64,000 bases of DNA from an uncultured bacterium (GCA_963834265.1 CAWIAU010000003.1:76475-140474); one strand, 5' to 3'. Positions 1-9,911 are shown, counted from the stretch's first letter. Notes: generated by a model from the sequence alone, not told the origin. Made by a program: numbers and translations.

Positions 1-38
1 TTTGCCGTCTATTGAAATAGCTGCCACCAGGATTATTT

Positions 39-692
39 TCATTTTTTATCGCCCTTTAACCACCACACGCCGGCATATACAAGCGGTGTCTGTGCTATTG
101 ACAATCCGCACTTGATCAGCCAGTAGGGAATGATCAGACTAATCAGAAACGAGGTGTTAGTCCCGACAGGCTTATCGAAAGCCCAAAAGGCGAGAGTAAT
201 AAATATGATTGTATCGACAAATTGTCCGATAAAGTTACTCACATTATTCCTTAGCCATAGGGCCCGGCCGTGCATTGCCTTCCGGAGTTTACTGAACACA
301 GCAATATCCAGTAGCTGCGAGCTGGCAAAGGCTATCAGGCTGGCAACAGAAATTTGAATTGACGCATGGAAAACTTTATCATACGCAGCTTCGCCTGGCG
401 CAAAACGATTGGATGGCGGCAAGGCAGTTGCAACGGCTAAGTATGCAATTACCAAACCGACTATTATTAGCCCTGACCACATCATGCTACGGGCTCTTTC
501 GCGCCCATGAACTTCAGCTACAACGTCAACCAAGGTGAATATTAGAGGCAAAATAAAGATTGCTACCGACGCATTTAAGTGCAGCCAGCCAGTACTTATA
601 AGCGGGAAAGTCTTGCTGCCCATCAGTTCGGCTGTAATTATACCAAAAACATACAAAGCTACCACCAAATCCATCTTGTGTAACCTGAACAT
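39..692 (-). CDS. queuosine precursor transporter, YhhQ/DUF165 (VUT) family membrane protein
   Basis: 217-aa polytopic membrane ORF. The overall pattern, including the FVDTIIF segment, is recalled from YhhQ-family proteins. No search was run. Confidence 0.6.
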   Translation of the reverse strand: MFRLHKMDLVVALYVFGIITAELMGSKTFPLISTGWLHLNASVAIFILPLIFTLVDVVAEVHGRERARSMMWSGLIIVGLVIAYLAVATALPPSNRFAPGEAAYDKVFHASIQISVASLIAFASSQLLDIAVFSKLRKAMHGRALWLRNNVSNFIGQFVDTIIFITLAFWAFDKPVGTNTSFLISLIIPYWLIKCGLSIAQTPLVYAGVWWLKGDKK

Positions 693-725
693 CCGGTTTC
701 TCCTGAACTTTATTCGAAAGGTCTA

Positions 726-1259
726 TTATACTTCGGTAATGATGGTATCCAAAGCAATATCATGTTGCTCATGCGGCAAACTACTAAGTTTTGCAGACCG
801 GTAAGCTAACCCGATCGTGCGGGCCTGCTTTTGGCCGGCCAGAAACCGGTCATACCAACCTCCACCCAAACCCAATCGATAGTTTTGCTTGTCGAATCCC
901 AAAACCGGAACAATAATCAGATCGTATTTTTCACCGGGAAACGGCTCATCTTTTCCGGCTGGCTTTGCAGTGATAGAAATTTGTGCCCAGTCTTCTCTCA
1001 AACAATCAATAATTTGCTTTGTATCAACTTCATTCCAGGCCATCACAGAAGAATAAATATGCAGTTTCTTAACATTATTCCAATTAATCGAATCAAGGAC
1101 TTTCTTTGAAATAATTCTACTGTAACGCGCAGCATCCTGCCGGTCCATTGATAGTCTGCGGGCTTGTAGTTTTTGTCTCAGTACTACTTTGTCCTGATTC
1201 ATTAATATGATTTTAGCATTATTTGCTAAAACAGAGGCGAAGGTGTTACGATTGATCAC
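726..1259 (-). CDS. 5-formyltetrahydrofolate cyclo-ligase
   Basis: 177 aa. The C-terminal LIIVPVLGFDKQNYRLGLGGGWYDRFL matches the MTHFS family signature. Confidence 0.8.
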   Translation of the reverse strand: MINRNTFASVLANNAKIILMNQDKVVLRQKLQARRLSMDRQDAARYSRIISKKVLDSINWNNVKKLHIYSSVMAWNEVDTKQIIDCLREDWAQISITAKPAGKDEPFPGEKYDLIIVPVLGFDKQNYRLGLGGGWYDRFLAGQKQARTIGLAYRSAKLSSLPHEQHDIALDTIITEV

Positions 1260-1261
1260 TC

Positions 1262-1861
1262 ATGAAAAGTTTTTATATTGAACAAAGGATCCAACTGGCT
1301 ATCAATCGATACAAAGTATTCGAGGGAAACAAAGCCGTAGATGGCGGCAAATTAGTAGCCTTTGCCGAGCAAAAAAGATTTGCATTCCGTGAGAAGTTTA
1401 CGATTTATAAAGATGAATCGAAGCAGAAAGTCTTGCTGGAAGTTCAGGCACGCAGAGTTATAGATCCGGGAGCACGATATGACATTACTGATTCATCCGG
1501 AAAAATTATAGGAATAGCCGGCAAAAAATTTGGTGCGTCATTGCTGAAAAGCTCCTGGAATATTTATAAGCCCGGCCATGAAGAAAAGCCGTATCTGGTC
1601 GTTCAGGAGAGAAATGCCGTGCTCGCCATTGTGCGCCGGGTATGGGGCTTTATCCCTTTCATTGGCGAGATTCCGTTCTTTGTAAAGTATCACTTTGACT
1701 TCATTGATCCCTCCGGTAACAAAGTTAAAGCCACATATGACAAGACGACTACCTTCAAAGATCATTATCGCCTGAGTATTCAGGACGAAGCAGCCAAAGA
1801 AATGGATTGGCGCGTTTTCGTAGCTCTGGGTGTGATGCTTGATGCTCTTCAAAGCCGGTAA
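1262..1861 (+). CDS. hypothetical protein, possibly LURP-one-related / YxjI-like (tubby-like fold)
   Basis: 199 aa. The N-terminal MKSFYIEQRI...Y.V pattern resembles YxjI-type proteins, but the similarity is weak. Confidence 0.4.
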   Translation: MKSFYIEQRIQLAINRYKVFEGNKAVDGGKLVAFAEQKRFAFREKFTIYKDESKQKVLLEVQARRVIDPGARYDITDSSGKIIGIAGKKFGASLLKSSWNIYKPGHEEKPYLVVQERNAVLAIVRRVWGFIPFIGEIPFFVKYHFDFIDPSGNKVKATYDKTTTFKDHYRLSIQDEAAKEMDWRVFVALGVMLDALQSR

Positions 1862-1918
1862 ACGCAATGGCATATATCTTGAATAAACAGGGGTAATCTG
1901 CTATTATTTGTGGGTTGC

Positions 1919-1995
1919 GGGCCAGTAGCTCAGCTGGTTAGAGCACCTGCCTCTTAAGCAGGGTGTCCGGGGTTCAAGTCCCCGCTGGCCCTCCA
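1919..1995 (+). tRNA. tRNA-Lys (anticodon CTT), CCA encoded
   Basis: Cloverleaf folded by hand. Acceptor GGGCCAG/CTGGCCC, D-arm GCTC/GAGC, anticodon stem CCTGC/GCAGG with loop CTCTTAA, T-arm CGGGG-TTCAAGT-CCCCG, then T-CCA. Confidence 0.9.
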
Positions 1996-2045
1996 ATTTT
2001 CTACTATATATATTTAACTAATGCCTAAAGTTTTTATTTGGTATA

Positions 2046-2246
2046 GTGAATGAAGTGAGTAAAAAACAAAAGATTGAAGTATGGGCTACTTGGGCGACTG
2101 CTTTTATGTTAGTTTTTGTATTAAGCTTTACCCATCCTAATTTAGTGAGACGGTTAGTCGATCCGGATGCGCCACTTGTAAAATACTTTGTAGGTCTTCT
2201 GGTACTTTTTTTCATCTACAAAACTATCTATTGGAAGCGCAGATAG
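2046..2246 (+). CDS. small hypothetical membrane protein
   Basis: 66-aa ORF with two hydrophobic helices. The overlapping antisense ORF looks less protein-like. Confidence 0.35.
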   Translation: MNEVSKKQKIEVWATWATAFMLVFVLSFTHPNLVRRLVDPDAPLVKYFVGLLVLFFIYKTIYWKRR

Positions 2247-2266
2247 ATCTATAAATTATAGTTGCG

Positions 2267-2482
2267 ATGTCTGCTATAGTAGAGATTATGAAAATAAATC
2301 TAATTTTACGACTTGTTGCTATGATTTTTGTCATAGTGACTGCAACACTATTATTACTAACGGTAGTTAATGCTATTGATAGCGAAGAAACAAAAGAAGC
2401 TATTATCAAACTTGCAGCAGTATGCGGGATTATTGCAGCCTCATCTATGGCATTATCATTCCTGGGCAAGAGCGACTCCTAA
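2267..2482 (+). CDS. small hypothetical membrane protein
   Basis: 71-aa ORF with two hydrophobic helices, on the same strand as its neighbours. Confidence 0.4.
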   Translation: MSAIVEIMKINLILRLVAMIFVIVTATLLLLTVVNAIDSEETKEAIIKLAAVCGIIAASSMALSFLGKSDS

Positions 2483-2832
2483 GTTCTGTTAACACAACTC
2501 ATCATGGCTGAATAGATATCAACACTAATTAATCGTGTCAGATACAGGAGTCGCTAGTCGACATGTTGATGTGGATTAGCTCATAAAGTAAGTTTTTTAA
2601 CCGACATCTCCAATGTCGGCAAGTATAATACTTCGCATGTTCAAATTTCTATTCAAATCACTTTCACCTCATATACGTTTATTGTTACTATATAAACTAA
2701 CCCGTTATATCTTCAGATACATTAAAAGCCGGCCACGCCATTATTAAACATGTAATATTTCTTACGGCATCAGGTGGCTAAAGCCAGCTATGCTTACCTT
2801 GCGTTATTGAAAGTTAAGCGAAAGGAAGTTTT

Positions 2833-2976
2833 ATGCTGATACTTGTAGGGGTACTTGTTTTGTTGTGGATATTCGGGTTATTAGGTGATATCGGAGGCGG
2901 CTTAATTCATCTGCTGCTGGTTATAGCACTTATAATATTTATCTATAACATGATTACCGGTCGGCGCAAAGTTTAA
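2833..2976 (+). CDS. lmo0937-family small membrane protein (47 aa)
   Basis: Below the ORF-track length cut-off. Hand translation gives MLILVGVLVLLWIFGLLGDIGGGLIHLLLVIALIIFIYNMITGRRKV. An AAGGAAG Shine-Dalgarno lies 6 nt upstream. The pattern is recalled from the lmo0937 family. Confidence 0.6.
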   Translation: MLILVGVLVLLWIFGLLGDIGGGLIHLLLVIALIIFIYNMITGRRKV

Positions 2977-3040
2977 CTGCTCAAAATGTCGTTATCTGAA
3001 TATTCAGATAGCACAAAAGTAATGTGATAAACTCATGGTT

Positions 3041-3202
3041 ATGAGATATATTAAGCATGTAGTTCATCTGGAAGACAAGTTAAGGCTATTTGCAATTATC
3101 GGACTTGCTGTCACGGTACTATTGCTGATGTTTACAAATCCACATACAACTCATGTTCCTACGAATACAGACACACACAAGCATCATACTAAGACTCACT
3201 GA
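3041..3202 (+). CDS. small hypothetical membrane protein with a His/Thr-rich tail (53 aa)
   Basis: Hand-translated ORF MRYIKHVVHLEDKLRLFAIIGLAVTVLLLMFTNPHTTHVPTNTDTHKHHTKTH. Not in the ORF track. No homology was recognised. Confidence 0.25.
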   Translation: MRYIKHVVHLEDKLRLFAIIGLAVTVLLLMFTNPHTTHVPTNTDTHKHHTKTH

Positions 3203-3254
3203 GCATAACTTTGAATAATTATCTGGTCTATATTTATTAAGTTTAATAGTATAC

Positions 3255-3638
3255 TCAGACTGTTTTTGGTCCGGATGACTTAGGAACCCCGAAGCCAATA
3301 CCCAAAATTGCAACTGCCAGTACAATATGTAAAATGTTATCGGCCATATTGATCGGATCGAGTAGAAATAGTACCTGATCCCCTTGTACGAGCCCGATAA
3401 TTGCTACAAGTGCATATACTGCGCCAAAGACTCTGAAATAGAGCTGAGCATAGTCTTCGCTTTTAGCCGCCAGTAATGCTGCCACACCACTCAGGATATG
3501 TACGATGTTATGGACTACGCTTATCTGGAAGATACCCAGAAGCTGGTCCTTTTCATTCGTGATACCGGGTATAAAGCCCAGCACACCAATTGCAAGAAAA
3601 ACTATACCGAACAGTATTGAAAGATTTTTTAAAGTCAT
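3255..3638 (-). CDS. DUF4383 domain-containing membrane protein
   Basis: 127 aa with four TM helices. The FLAIGVLGFIPG...NIVHILSG pattern is typical of DUF4383. Confidence 0.65.
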   Translation of the reverse strand: MTLKNLSILFGIVFLAIGVLGFIPGITNEKDQLLGIFQISVVHNIVHILSGVAALLAAKSEDYAQLYFRVFGAVYALVAIIGLVQGDQVLFLLDPINMADNILHIVLAVAILGIGFGVPKSSGPKTV

Positions 3639-3797
3639 TTGTCTCTCCTTTGTTCCCCTGGAGGAACATAGCTTTAATTAATAAACTAATGTTAGCATAA
3701 AATATATATTTTCAACACCTTTGGGTTTGTCATCCATCATGTCTATTCTTGCGACAGCTCTGGTCTGTTATGCTATAGATTAAACCAAGGAGGCCAC

Positions 3798-4427
3798 ATG
3801 AATCCCGATAATGACCGTAAATATCTGCGTATACCGAAAATGGCGGTACTGTTAATTGTAATACCGGCAGTTGGTTTGCTGGGCTGGCAGCTCGGTCGTT
3901 CGAAGGATCCTCCTGCAAACAACCAGCCTGCAAATACTCAGACCGATAACCCCACAGCACAGCCAAAAAGCAATTCCGGCGCGGGCGATGTGAAGACACT
4001 CGTAAACTATACGCTCCCGTTTAACTGGGGGGAAGCCTCTTGTCCTGCCGAAGCAAGATCAGTTTTTATAATTCCAACGGGAGGTTCAGAGGCTGACTGT
4101 GATGGTCCGGATCCGGTTTCAAATCCTATTTCACCGGTAAAAATATCAGTAGATTCTGCAAATAATAAAGACTGCAACCAGCTGCAAAATGTCCAAAATG
4201 TATCGAAGCATATCTGTATCTCCGAATATATAAACGGGCATAAAAGTCTGAAAGCCGAAACCGTCTACAATAGAAGCTCATCCTACAATAGAGATACAAC
4301 AGTCAATGCCTACTATATTGATATAGGTAAAGCCGTTATTAAAGTGGAGTATTTTCATAGTCCCAACGATCACGAACACCAAAATGGTTTTGAGCAGCTA
4401 GCCAAAAGCATACAGGTAAAGAGCTAG
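3798..4427 (+). CDS. hypothetical membrane-anchored secreted protein
   Basis: 209 aa. N-terminal TM/signal anchor (MAVLLIVIPAVGLLGW), a low-complexity linker, and a Cys-containing ectodomain. Confidence 0.5.
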   Translation: MNPDNDRKYLRIPKMAVLLIVIPAVGLLGWQLGRSKDPPANNQPANTQTDNPTAQPKSNSGAGDVKTLVNYTLPFNWGEASCPAEARSVFIIPTGGSEADCDGPDPVSNPISPVKISVDSANNKDCNQLQNVQNVSKHICISEYINGHKSLKAETVYNRSSSYNRDTTVNAYYIDIGKAVIKVEYFHSPNDHEHQNGFEQLAKSIQVKS

Positions 4428-4443
4428 TGCTAAGATATATGTA

Positions 4444-6411
4444 ATGCCCGTCAAAACTACAAAAAAAAGCCGCAAAAAAGTACATAAAAAATCCAAAATT
4501 CAACGGACCAATTTTAAAAAGCAACTTTTCAGACCGGGCTGGCCGATACTAGCGTTAATTTTATTGATTAGTGGAGGCCTCTATTATCAGAGTAGTGCCA
4601 ACAAGCCAATACTTCTCCCGTCTCCTCCGGCAGATGCGTTGTACAAACAACCTGATCAGCCCACTGATAAACGCGTCAAAGACCTGCTGGCGAGGATGAC
4701 AATTGAAGAAAAACTGGGTCAGATGGCAATGGTGGACAAAAACTCTCTCATCAAACCGATCGATATATCGCGCTATAATCTCGGTGCTGTACTCAGCGGG
4801 GCAGGGGCTAAACCTGCACAAAATACTCCGGAGGGCTGGTTGAAGATGGTCGAAAATATGAAAACGAAGGCCAGACAATCACGACTAGGCATCCCCCTGC
4901 TATATGGAGTAGACGCTACGCATGGCCATGCCAATGTGCCGGGTAGTACAGTTTTTCCGCACGCTATCGGGCTGGGAGCCAGTCAGAGCCCGGAGCTGGT
5001 AAAAGAAATAGCCTCAGCAACGGCCAGAGAACTGGAGGCCACAGGTATCAATTGGAATTTTGCGCCAGCTCTGGATACGCCGGAAGATATCAGGTGGGGC
5101 CGGACCTATGAAAACTTCTCAAGCGATCCGAAGCTAAACGCGCGTCTCGGAGCAGCATACATTGAAGGGACGCAGCATCCGGCCAATTCAAAAGACGACT
5201 ACACGTATGTTCTGGCAAGTGCCAAACACTTCCTTGCTGCCGGTTCAATGCAATGGCTGTCTTCCAGCAATAAGAACTTCAGGATTGATCAGGGCAAAAC
5301 ACCTGTGCGGGATGACTTACTGGACAATGAGTACCTTGAACCATTTGCAGCTGCTGCCAAAGCTAATGTTGGCAGCGTGATGGTCGGCCTGAATCATTGG
5401 GGCGACAAGCGTGTCATCGCCAGCAAGCATTTAATTACAGACAAGCTAAAAAACGATCTGGGATTTAAAGGTATCGTGCTATCAGATTGGTACGGAGTCT
5501 ATGAATTTTCGGGCATATCCGACTACCACGCCAATATCGAAGCCATAAACGCCGGTGTGGATATGGCTATGCTTCCCTTCGAGTATAAGAACTTCATCAA
5601 AGATACCCGTAAAGCTGTAAAAACAGGTGATATTGCACAGTCACGGATCGATGATGCGGTAAGCCGGATTTTATATCAGAAGTTTGAAGCCGGCCTGTTC
5701 GATAATAAAAGCTCTCAGGCAACCTTAGACACTTTGGGTTTATCAGAGCATCGCCAGCTGGCCCGCCGTGCGGTGTCGTCATCAGCGGTACTACTTAAGA
5801 ACGATAGTAATGTGCTTCCTTTACCCAAAAATTCCGGACATATTCTGGTCGCCGGCAGCGGTGCAGATAATATAGGTCGTCAATGTGGGGCCTGGACTGT
5901 AGAGTGGCAGGGGATTGACGGTAACTGGTTGCCGGGCGCCACTTCGATATATCAGGGAATCAAGCAATCTGCAGGTTCAGGTACCAGAGTAGAGTACGCT
6001 AAAGATGCTAATTTTTCAGGACTGAAGGATAAAGCAGATGTTGGCATAGTCGTAGTTAGCGAAAAGCCCTATGCCGAAGGGTGGGGGGATATAGCACGGC
6101 CGGTTTTGGACACCTCTGATATACAGACGATCGGGCGTATCAAATCATCAGTCAGAAAGGTAATACTGATATCTGTAACAGGGAGACCCTTATTTATGAA
6201 TGATCAAATTGCCGGATCTGATGCCATGGTGGCCGCCTGGCTTCCCGGCAGCGAAGGTGCCGGCATAGCAGATGTATTATTCGGCGATCAGCCATTCACA
6301 GCCAGACTGCCCATTGCCTGGCCGGCTTCTCCCGACCAATTGCCGATCACTACCAGCGGAAAAACCAACAATGGTACCCGGCCATTATTTACCCGTGGAT
6401 TTGGTCTGTAA
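4444..6411 (+). CDS. glycoside hydrolase family 3 protein (beta-glucosidase/beta-hexosaminidase-like), membrane anchored
   Basis: 655 aa. Lys-rich N-terminus plus a TM helix. GH3 motifs are GQMAMV, GVDATHGHA, KHF, and GIVLSDW with the expected nucleophile Asp. Confidence 0.85.
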   Translation: MPVKTTKKSRKKVHKKSKIQRTNFKKQLFRPGWPILALILLISGGLYYQSSANKPILLPSPPADALYKQPDQPTDKRVKDLLARMTIEEKLGQMAMVDKNSLIKPIDISRYNLGAVLSGAGAKPAQNTPEGWLKMVENMKTKARQSRLGIPLLYGVDATHGHANVPGSTVFPHAIGLGASQSPELVKEIASATARELEATGINWNFAPALDTPEDIRWGRTYENFSSDPKLNARLGAAYIEGTQHPANSKDDYTYVLASAKHFLAAGSMQWLSSSNKNFRIDQGKTPVRDDLLDNEYLEPFAAAAKANVGSVMVGLNHWGDKRVIASKHLITDKLKNDLGFKGIVLSDWYGVYEFSGISDYHANIEAINAGVDMAMLPFEYKNFIKDTRKAVKTGDIAQSRIDDAVSRILYQKFEAGLFDNKSSQATLDTLGLSEHRQLARRAVSSSAVLLKNDSNVLPLPKNSGHILVAGSGADNIGRQCGAWTVEWQGIDGNWLPGATSIYQGIKQSAGSGTRVEYAKDANFSGLKDKADVGIVVVSEKPYAEGWGDIARPVLDTSDIQTIGRIKSSVRKVILISVTGRPLFMNDQIAGSDAMVAAWLPGSEGAGIADVLFGDQPFTARLPIAWPASPDQLPITTSGKTNNGTRPLFTRGFGL

Positions 6412-6415
6412 ATCT

Positions 6416-7111
6416 TTAAACGTTAGCCTGGATGAGAATTGGCGCGTGGTCAGATAAACCTTTTGGAAGTGTTCTGACACGCTCAATTTGTGCGTTTATA
6501 GAGGTAGCAAAGTCGAAATGCATGCGGAGATACTTGTTCATATAGTAAGTCGGCCGGTCACTGAGTGATAATTGGTAACCGGTTTCTTCTATGCATACTT
6601 TGAGGTTCTTTTTGAACATCATGTAGTTGTAATCCCCGACCATAATTGCCGGAGTGTTCGGGCTAAGCTCGGATAGTTTGGCATGCGCGCCGCTGATCTG
6701 CAGTCTGCGCAGGTAATTTGAGGCAATATGGTGCGTGGCATGGAATGATCCGATTGACAGATTATGGCCCGAAAGTCGGTCCCGCATCTTGGTTACAAGT
6801 AGTCTTTCCATCTGGGGCATATACAGCCGCTCCAGTACCGAATTTTTGAGCATATAACTTGAAGTCTCGATAATTTTTAGTCGTTCCTGGCGGCAGTAGA
6901 TTGCCAGATTCAACGTACCTGTCCGTGTTTTGTCGGCTAATACTAAACCGCCGATACGATCCGGCAGCTGTTCAGCATAGCATTCCTGTATGCACAACAT
7001 GTCAGCATCGTTGGTCTCTACCAAGCCGGCCAGCTCATTTTGAGCACGGTGGTATTTAAGATTATAGCTGATAATTTTGAGCGGGTTCGTAGTTGTGGAT
7101 TTTATTTTCAT
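6416..7111 (-). CDS. endonuclease/exonuclease/phosphatase (EEP) family protein
   Basis: 231 aa. The N-terminal ISYNLKYH and C-terminal GLSDHAPI motifs fit the EEP fold. Confidence 0.7.
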   Translation of the reverse strand: MKIKSTTTNPLKIISYNLKYHRAQNELAGLVETNDADMLCIQECYAEQLPDRIGGLVLADKTRTGTLNLAIYCRQERLKIIETSSYMLKNSVLERLYMPQMERLLVTKMRDRLSGHNLSIGSFHATHHIASNYLRRLQISGAHAKLSELSPNTPAIMVGDYNYMMFKKNLKVCIEETGYQLSLSDRPTYYMNKYLRMHFDFATSINAQIERVRTLPKGLSDHAPILIQANV

Positions 7112-7296
7112 TTTATCTTTGTAGTTATTTTCCTATCTTAATGTACATTATTGCACATATATCATGCATTGAAAAGTGCTCGAGCTTTTGTACAGATTCC
7201 AGTTTCAGACTGGTTTTTGCTGTGTAACTTCTATAGCCTGTAGCTACTCTGCTCGGACGTGCCAAGGGTGAAATCATTGAGCCTTCCGCAGCTATT

Positions 7297-8607
7297 TCAC
7301 ATAGACATTGCTTCATCAAATTTGGAGAAAATTTCCGGCGGCATACTATGAGCTTCAAGTGAGCCAAAGTCGTAATCGCCGGGCAGATCGAATTCATATT
7401 TTTTAAGCTCAGGGTATTTTTCCTGTGCCAGCCGCATGGCAGCTCTGCTCTCTTTGATCTCACCCACGCACTCCAGCGGCTTTTCGCCCTTGACCCCTAA
7501 CAGCTGCTGGTATACAGGCACTAAAGCAGAATCAAGCAACAGATTTTTCCCATGGAACAAAGTTTCGAGTTGATTTCGTTCCAGAAATGGCGTTAATGCC
7601 AGAAAGACAAAAGCGCACTTCGGACATTCACCACACCAGAACATACGATCGCTCGTCTGTTTGTAGGCGTGGTTGCATGAACTAAAAACATCTTTATATT
7701 TTTCAAAAATACCGTTAGCAAAAATTTCAGCAATTTTTAGTTCGCTGAGCGGTCGTAGAAAAGAATAATAGCGAATTGTCTCCCCGAAAAGACGGCGCAA
7801 CTGTATCTGAAAATCCTGCTCAAATTCCAGCGACTTAGAATATTGATGATTAATATCCGTGCCTTGATAGGTTAAAGTCGGTTCGTTTGCGGAGCGTTCG
7901 TTAGAAGTGACTATATCCTGCTTTCCGGTTAAAATCGCAAGTACAACGCCGGTACAGGCAAAAATTGCCGAGATAGGCACGTGGCCATTGTAAGCTCCCT
8001 GACTGGTAATCTCCGCAAGTTTCATATCCAATTTCCGTTCGACAGGGAAATGGGGCAAATCAACACGCTCTGTGAGCGGGGTGAGCTGCGCACGATGATT
8101 CAAACTCCATGTTGTCAGATTGCTTACAACGCCCCGAAGTATTTCAGCAGAAACCAGCGAATCCTTGCCGCCTCCTAATCCCAATAGCATTCCTATGCTT
8201 TTTGTGTTTAATATAGTCTGTGTTTCCGAGGTGTTAACAGCAAAGTTAACTGGTGTACGGGGGTCGAGTTGATTCCGATAATAGAATTCTCCCAACCCTT
8301 TTTGGTACGTCCGACCCAAAAACTCAGCCATCTGCTGATCAATAACAGCATTATTGACTTTGATATCAGCGGGAAGAAAGGTTTTATAGTACGAAACCCC
8401 GGCTACAAGAAATAATAACTGAAGTGCACGGTCCAGAACTACAGGATTGTAGTCTACAAACGGAAAATCAGCAGGGTTGAACAAGTAACTTTCCGTAAAG
8501 TTCAGTGTTTTATCCAAGCTGTAATGTAGTTGCAGCGCTCCGGTACCCGGTTCAAACTCATATGACTCAAAGATAAACTGCCGATATTTCACCGGTTTGT
8601 TTTTCAC
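7297..8607 (-). CDS. murL: PP-loop-type ATP-utilising enzyme, candidate UDP-MurNAc-L-Ala-L-Glu epimerase (MurL-like)
   Basis: 436 aa. Has a GLGGGKDS PP-loop-like motif and a CGECPKC motif. The GTG start overlaps the TGA stop of the upstream MurD-family gene (GTGA at 8604-8607). The MurL assignment comes from recalled family knowledge and gene context. Confidence 0.5.
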   Translation of the reverse strand: MKNKPVKYRQFIFESYEFEPGTGALQLHYSLDKTLNFTESYLFNPADFPFVDYNPVVLDRALQLLFLVAGVSYYKTFLPADIKVNNAVIDQQMAEFLGRTYQKGLGEFYYRNQLDPRTPVNFAVNTSETQTILNTKSIGMLLGLGGGKDSLVSAEILRGVVSNLTTWSLNHRAQLTPLTERVDLPHFPVERKLDMKLAEITSQGAYNGHVPISAIFACTGVVLAILTGKQDIVTSNERSANEPTLTYQGTDINHQYSKSLEFEQDFQIQLRRLFGETIRYYSFLRPLSELKIAEIFANGIFEKYKDVFSSCNHAYKQTSDRMFWCGECPKCAFVFLALTPFLERNQLETLFHGKNLLLDSALVPVYQQLLGVKGEKPLECVGEIKESRAAMRLAQEKYPELKKYEFDLPGDYDFGSLEAHSMPPEIFSKFDEAMSM

Positions 8608-9911
8608 AACTCCGCAACGACCTTATTAAAGTGAAGTCCGCGTACCTCAAAGTTTTTGAACATATCGAAACTGGCGAAACCGGGAGATAACACTACCGCA
8701 TCGCCCGGCCGGGCAAACTCCATTGCGCTCCGCACAATTACTGCCATGTCTTTCGAGGTCTCACAGACATAATTAGTGAAGCCTTTGGAGTCCAAAACTT
8801 CTTTTAACCTATTTGCGACAGCACCAATAATAACCACTTTTTGTATATCATCCGTATTTTGATTCAGAGTATCAGCTAGTTTTTCAAGGTTCAGACCACG
8901 GTCATAACCGCCCAGTATCATAACTTTTTTCTCAGGTACAGCCTCTATTGCGGCTTCGGCTGCCGGTGGTGCTGATGAAAATGAATCATTATAGAATTTG
9001 ATACCATTTACTTCCCGGCGCATCTCAATTCTATACGGCAGATTCTCAAGTGTAATGGCAATCGTACGAATAGCGTCGATATTCTGCTCAACCTGCCACA
9101 CTGTAGTTACAGCAGCGCAAATGTTCTGCCAGTTATGCTTACCCAGCAGTTTTATCTCATTAACCGAACAGATAAACTGATCCTCAATCTTTATGTTATT
9201 GTCTATGACTTCGGCGCCCGGACTCATCATATATGGAATATGCTTAGCAGCGCTTAAAGAGGCAACCAGCCGGCTGTATTCATTGGAATCATAATGGATG
9301 GCTATGTCCTCGCGGAGCTGATGAATGAACAGTTGCTGCTTTGCTGAAATATAATTCTCCATGCCGCCATGCCAGTCCTGATGTTCGGATTCAACCATCA
9401 GGCAGACTGCTATATGAGGCGAATCCTTGAGGTCAAGCAACTGAAAATTAGCCAGCTCCAGTACTATCCAGTCTTCCGGCCGGATATTTTCAGCCAGCAA
9501 ATCAAGTGGCGGGGTACCAATATTCCCCCCCAGATGCACCCGTTTGCCGGCAGCTTCCAGCATTTTTGTTACCAGCGTGCTTGTAGTGCCTTTACCCTTT
9601 GTGCCGGTGATACCAATGATATTTTTGGTTGGACACACGCGGAAAAATTCATTTGTCACCGTAGTAACCTTCGACAGAATTGTCAAACCGTTGGTTTCAG
9701 CAATTTGCGTGGAATGAATAGACGGACTGCGCACCAGCAGATGAAACTCATCCAGATCATTCAGGTAAGTTTTGCCAAGTTTGGCAATTGCTCCTTCGGG
9801 CAACTCAAGACTTTCATCTTTGTCGCAAATAGTTATATTATGTCCCTGATTACTCCAGTACTTATATGCACTGAGTCCCTGATTACCGAAGCCTAAAATA
9901 GCGATATTCAT
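8604..9911 (-). CDS. murD: Mur ligase, MurD family (UDP-MurNAc-L-Ala--glutamate ligase; possibly L-Glu-specific MurD2)
   Basis: 435 aa. The ATP-binding GITGTKGKGTTS P-loop, Mur ligase central and C-terminal domain patterns, and a Rossmann-like N-terminus (IAILGFGNQG) are all typical of MurD. Confidence 0.8.
   Translation of the reverse strand: MNIAILGFGNQGLSAYKYWSNQGHNITICDKDESLELPEGAIAKLGKTYLNDLDEFHLLVRSPSIHSTQIAETNGLTILSKVTTVTNEFFRVCPTKNIIGITGTKGKGTTSTLVTKMLEAAGKRVHLGGNIGTPPLDLLAENIRPEDWIVLELANFQLLDLKDSPHIAVCLMVESEHQDWHGGMENYISAKQQLFIHQLREDIAIHYDSNEYSRLVASLSAAKHIPYMMSPGAEVIDNNIKIEDQFICSVNEIKLLGKHNWQNICAAVTTVWQVEQNIDAIRTIAITLENLPYRIEMRREVNGIKFYNDSFSSAPPAAEAAIEAVPEKKVMILGGYDRGLNLEKLADTLNQNTDDIQKVVIIGAVANRLKEVLDSKGFTNYVCETSKDMAVIVRSAMEFARPGDAVVLSPGFASFDMFKNFEVRGLHFNKVVAEL

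Noticed and set aside
7125-7463. 112-aa minus-strand ORF overlapping the 3' end of the MurL-like gene
   Set aside because: It overlaps a longer gene containing recognised motifs, out of frame, and has no start context.
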